A stretch of 35,574 nucleotides of DNA from assembly GCA_964546295.1 (NCBI GenBank), contig CAZJJJ010000001.1, forward strand, positions 1 through 35,574, written 5' to 3'. Each line of letters opens with the position of its first letter. Position 1 is the first letter of the stretch. The position numbers were made by a program, and so were the translations under genes. The DNA comes from an uncultured Methanosarcinales archaeon. GTDB taxonomy: Archaea > Nanobdellota > Nanobdellia > Woesearchaeales > CAZJJJ01. The notes under the pieces were generated by a model, which was not told the origin of the DNA, did no database searches, and saw nothing but the letters and a program-made list of their open reading frames with translations. Of this stretch, positions 31,889 through 35,574 are shown piece after piece.

Positions 31889-34800
31889 ATGAAGAGATCC
31901 CAGATGTCTATGTTCCTCTTATTGGGCTTCTTTCTCATAATGTTCATAGTCATTGTGATGGCTTTTGCTGCACAGCAGGCACGACAAGCTGACCAGGAAA
32001 GGGCAGATAGGGTTGCGTCTGCATTGCTTGATAGTACGACGATACGGACATATGTGGAGAGCTGTGTGTCAAGCTCTGCAAATAGTGCGCTTAGTGAGCT
32101 TGCGTTCCACGGAGGTTTTTATCCTAACATAACACGACCAGGGAATACTACGAACATGAACCGTGAGATAGATTTCATGGATTATACTGAAGGCGGGGAG
32201 AATCATACGGTTGCGTATCTCCTGAAGAAAAGCCCTTATGATGAGGCGCCGAGATATCCTTGTCCATTATTCGGCACTGACTGTGGTGGACCAGGTATAG
32301 ATTCCATAAGAGGGGAACAGGATCCAGGACGCCATTTCTGCGGCTTTTCCTTATCGAACGAGACACAGTTGGCCATCTGCAATTATGGGCATCGTGCTCC
32401 CTTATCAATCTATTTTACCCAGAATTCCATACGTAATCAATTACGTTACAAGGTCTCAGAGAACGTGGCAGAATGTATCGACGGAGCTTTCTTTACAGAA
32501 ACAATGGAAATGGACTCTGCAAATGTCTCAGAGGAAGATGTCGAGACTTCCGTGACCTTTGCAAGGGACACAGTCTCTTTTTCAGTGAATGTCCCTATTG
32601 TTGTCCGCATAAGCGATGCTGAATCAGTAAGCACATCCACCCATAGCCATACTATAGATGTTGACTTTATGCGCATGTTCGATAATCTGATTTCTGGATC
32701 AGGTCCGGGAACTGCTGTCTACGATGACTGGAAGGATCTGGATACAAACATAGAAGATAAGGCTAACAGCATCATCACATTAGAAGGTCTTGATTATGAG
32801 GTAGAGCACAGGATAAATTTCAAGGCTCGTGATGACCTTTTCATTATCAGGCATAATGATTTCAGCTTGGATGGGAAGCCATTCGAATTCAGGTTTGCGA
32901 TAGGCAACAGGAAGCCTGTACTCAGCGAGATAAACTATGTTGAGGACGATGATACTTGTGAAGTCCTTGTGCCTCCGAACACTAATGTCACGATAGACCC
33001 CGAATACGCAGATCCCGACCATTATGATAAGATAAATGTGGATTTTCTCGAATACTATGCAGACGATCTTGTGGATAGATGGGATAGGGAAGACATGAGA
33101 GTAGTAAATGCTTCGGGATGGAACGTTTCAGGAAGTAGGATATACAAGAACATGACGGACATTGGCGAGAATTATGTAGAGATGATTAGAGTGATAATAA
33201 GCGATGGCCAATACCAGAATTATCAGGATGTTCGGGTCTGTGTGGATCTGGCTGCAGAACTTAATTATCGTCCGTCTGTTGAATTCTATCATGACTATTA
33301 TGGTTTCAACAAGACCCGCATACGATCAGACACAGGGGAAGAGGTCCCTCGCATAACCATTGAGGATCCGATAAAGCTCAAGACAGGATTGGGTTTTTCG
33401 GGGCGTGGCACCTGGAAGATAGGTGATAACTGGGAAGATGATGAGGAAATGTGTGTGCTTGAGGATGTCCGATCAAGTTGCGTAGTATTCCCTGGAGGGG
33501 TACCTTGTGATGAGGAACCAGAGATACCTATCGAGGATGTCAAGGACATGATGGAGGTTTGTTTCGATGCTCCGCCAAGTGGACAGTTCAACACAATTTC
33601 CTTTACACCACACCAAGATGACAGGATTGACATCTCTGTTTTTGTAAACCGTTGTATCCCTCATAAGGACGAAGACGGCGTTGCAGGAGATAATATGTAT
33701 CTGATGACTAACGACTGTTGCACGGATGACTTCAGATACGCAGGAAGCGGTGAAGTCGCCCACTCAAGAGAACAGCTCTTCTGTGGTAATCCTGAGGATG
33801 GTCTCTTATCCTCAAACGATTTCTATAGCAGGATTGCGGGTGCAAGTTGCTTGGATGATCGAGGCAATTTCTTCATGGACGAGGATGAGAGTATTGTGGA
33901 ATACCAGAAAGACACTGTTGTCCCCTTCTTCTCAGAATCTGGAAGACGGAATTGCAAAGGTTGCGGCATTTTTGGAGAGCATGCACAGGATAACATAACG
34001 GTGTATTATGATTACGATGATCAGGATATATTCAAGACCAACTTCGAGGCCTATTTTTTCCATAAGAATGATGAAGAGGATGATCCTCGTCCGGAGGAGG
34101 ATAGGCATATATGTAATATAGAAGAAGCTTGTGTGAGTTCTTTTGAAGGGAGTGGCAGAGGATTGTACGATCCTGCAAACCTTATATCTAAAGATGAATC
34201 AGAAAGGGAGTCAGGAGAGCTTGCATGTCGCGGGGGATGTAATGACGGTGTATGTGATTATGCTGTGCAATGCCGTTGCACGAGCGAATGCGGAGAAGAT
34301 ATATTAGACCTCTGCGATGGCCGCGATGTTGGAGAGCAGACAGGCACTTGCACGGAGGACCCGTTCGGACAAGATTATTATCCTGACGTCTGTGGGATTG
34401 ATTGCCAACCTCGTCAAATATCTGAGGACGAAGGCATAAGGTTCAGATGCGACGAGCCTGATGAAGGTACAGATTGCGTGCATTGTGATGTGCAGTGTGA
34501 TGGAAAACGCCCAGGTGAAGTTATATCGAGCTGTAACTATGGTGAGAACAGTGCAGTAAGAGACCAATGTGATTCCACAGGAAACGTTGTCGACCTTACC
34601 GAGTCAGGTGGACAGAAACGATGTGTCTACGATGAGTCTATGCAATGCGACTCTTTGCCAGACTGTGACGGCACTTTGATTGGTGGATTGGCTAGGGATG
34701 AGACTGGAGAAGTCAGGGTTGATGGAGGATCACAGATGTATCTGGCGACCATGTGTGATGACTCATGCTCACTTACAGATTCTAATATCTGTTGGTCAAC

Positions 34801-35080
34801 CTCTGCTAACACAGTTCCATCAGATTGTCATGAGAAGGAAAGAGGAGAAGGATTCCATGATAGGGGCCCGCGTAATATAAAAGATTCCTTCTGCGATTCT
34901 ACATGTGATATCGTCGGCTGCCAAGGGTTTGCGTACAAAGGGGGAGATGCGTGCATGGATGACCCATCGAGAGAGAATTGCTGTTATGATGCTAGCTATC
35001 TTGAAGAGAAGACACACTATGAGATATGTAATTATAACAACCCTGATACAGATTATGATGGTTGTCGACCTGTAGATTGA
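31889..35080 (+). CDS. large secreted/surface protein, N-glycosylation-sequon-rich with an acidic Cys-rich C-terminal half; pilin-like N-terminus
   Basis: 1063 aa. The N-terminus MKRSQMSMFLLLGFFLIMFIVIVMAF has a charged tip plus one hydrophobic helix, and QMSMFLLL resembles the archaeal class III QxSxExxxL motif. I count at least 11 N-x-S/T sequons in the first ~700 aa and about 44 Cys in the last ~530 aa. The ATG lies 24 nt after the TATA at 31856-31866. Confidence 0.8.
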   Translation: MKRSQMSMFLLLGFFLIMFIVIVMAFAAQQARQADQERADRVASALLDSTTIRTYVESCVSSSANSALSELAFHGGFYPNITRPGNTTNMNREIDFMDYTEGGENHTVAYLLKKSPYDEAPRYPCPLFGTDCGGPGIDSIRGEQDPGRHFCGFSLSNETQLAICNYGHRAPLSIYFTQNSIRNQLRYKVSENVAECIDGAFFTETMEMDSANVSEEDVETSVTFARDTVSFSVNVPIVVRISDAESVSTSTHSHTIDVDFMRMFDNLISGSGPGTAVYDDWKDLDTNIEDKANSIITLEGLDYEVEHRINFKARDDLFIIRHNDFSLDGKPFEFRFAIGNRKPVLSEINYVEDDDTCEVLVPPNTNVTIDPEYADPDHYDKINVDFLEYYADDLVDRWDREDMRVVNASGWNVSGSRIYKNMTDIGENYVEMIRVIISDGQYQNYQDVRVCVDLAAELNYRPSVEFYHDYYGFNKTRIRSDTGEEVPRITIEDPIKLKTGLGFSGRGTWKIGDNWEDDEEMCVLEDVRSSCVVFPGGVPCDEEPEIPIEDVKDMMEVCFDAPPSGQFNTISFTPHQDDRIDISVFVNRCIPHKDEDGVAGDNMYLMTNDCCTDDFRYAGSGEVAHSREQLFCGNPEDGLLSSNDFYSRIAGASCLDDRGNFFMDEDESIVEYQKDTVVPFFSESGRRNCKGCGIFGEHAQDNITVYYDYDDQDIFKTNFEAYFFHKNDEEDDPRPEEDRHICNIEEACVSSFEGSGRGLYDPANLISKDESERESGELACRGGCNDGVCDYAVQCRCTSECGEDILDLCDGRDVGEQTGTCTEDPFGQDYYPDVCGIDCQPRQISEDEGIRFRCDEPDEGTDCVHCDVQCDGKRPGEVISSCNYGENSAVRDQCDSTGNVVDLTESGGQKRCVYDESMQCDSLPDCDGTLIGGLARDETGEVRVDGGSQMYLATMCDDSCSLTDSNICWSTSANTVPSDCHEKERGEGFHDRGPRNIKDSFCDSTCDIVGCQGFAYKGGDACMDDPSRENCCYDASYLEEKTHYEICNYNNPDTDYDGCRPVD

Positions 35081-35095
35081 GGTTAATGGAATTGA

Positions 35096-35117
35096 GAATG
35101 CATTTTTTGCACATTCA
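35096..35117 (+). terminator. imperfect hairpin with a T6 run after the large surface-protein gene
   Basis: gaatgcaTTTTTTgcacattc lies 16 nt after the stop at 35080. Confidence 0.4.
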
Positions 35118-35218
35118 CGTTGAGTAAATATTCCAAAAGTTTTAAATATGGAATAACCTAAAAAAATATGTGTCGTGTATTGACATTAATCCCCATATCA
35201 GATCTTTCGGTCGGTCGC

Positions 35219-35574
35219 ATGAAGGTTAGCAGGTTTTTAGGAGTCTTGATAACGCTTTCTTTGTTTATACTAATCTTTGTTCCGAGCGCTCATGCAAGCT
35301 GTAATAGAAGATGTCCAATCCTTCGCTACAATCTTCGGTATATAGGTCCTGATGGCGAAATTTCGGATAGCGATGGTTGGAGGCGAGTGGATGGCCAAAA
35401 TCCTAATTCGCAAAGTGATTGTGGTGGTTCAAACACAGATACACCGTACAGTTTTGATATGGCTGGAAGATTGGGAGAATTCGAGTCTGATGAAGATTAT
35501 AGCTTCGATGAATCTGATTATTGTTTGAATAACCAAGGTCTTGTCGAGGCAAGAGTGGGTGTATGGGGTGTGAT
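35219..35574 (+). CDS. secreted protein, N-terminal fragment (3' end outside the window)
   Basis: My translation is MKVSRFLGVLITLSLFILIFVPSAHA|SCNRRCPILRYNLRYIGPDGEISDSDGW...DYCLNNQGLVEARVGVWGV. It is open to the window end with a classical Sec signal (AHA-S). An in-frame ATG at 35168, 21 nt after the TATA at 35140-35148, is an alternative leaderless start. Confidence 0.65.
   Translation, partial: MKVSRFLGVLITLSLFILIFVPSAHASCNRRCPILRYNLRYIGPDGEISDSDGWRRVDGQNPNSQSDCGGSNTDTPYSFDMAGRLGEFESDEDYSFDESDYCLNNQGLVEARVGVWGV

Overview
Archaeal chromosomal window, AT-rich (roughly high-30s % G+C by eye) and very gene-dense: about 34 CDS and 1 tRNA, several convergent genes overlapping by a few nt. No homology search was possible; all calls rest on motifs read from the ORF translations and the DNA. 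Most genes are information processing: aIF2-beta (partial), RNase P Rpp30, TBP, Hef, TruD, FEN1, Trm5, PAN, RFC small subunit. A compact replication island runs RPA32/Stn1-like OB protein <- MCM <- [predicted oriC] -> Orc1/Cdc6 -> PolD DP1 -> PolD DP2. The oriC call rests on two inverted 20-nt ORB elements (18/20 identical) flanking a roughly 90% A+T tract. First genes of transcription units have a TTTAAAT-type TATA box 21-28 nt upstream of the start codon, which suggests leaderless mRNAs; internal operon genes have GGTG/GAGG Shine-Dalgarno motifs. PolD, Hef, the compaction and the many divergent orphan proteins suggest a small-genome, DPANN-like or euryarchaeal lineage (inference only). Items not explained by ordinary annotation: (1) a GC-rich cluster of nested CGTCTAGACG-type palindromes at 16113-16254 in an AT-rich spacer, with a related copy in-frame inside the adjacent His-rich LuxR-type HTH gene; (2) a 1063-aa secreted, sequon-rich protein with about 50 Cys and a pilin-like N-terminus, followed by a second Cys-containing secreted protein; (3) two PRC-barrel paralogues bracketing rfcS and a 482-aa coiled-coil protein; (4) a TK1-type thymidine kinase homologue lacking 3 of 4 zinc cysteines, with a ~150-aa C-terminal extension; (5) short repeats duplicating the tRNA-Arg 3' end and flanking that gene; (6) an orphan two-gene operon upstream of fen1. 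No CRISPR array, transposase, intein or recognisable defence system was seen.
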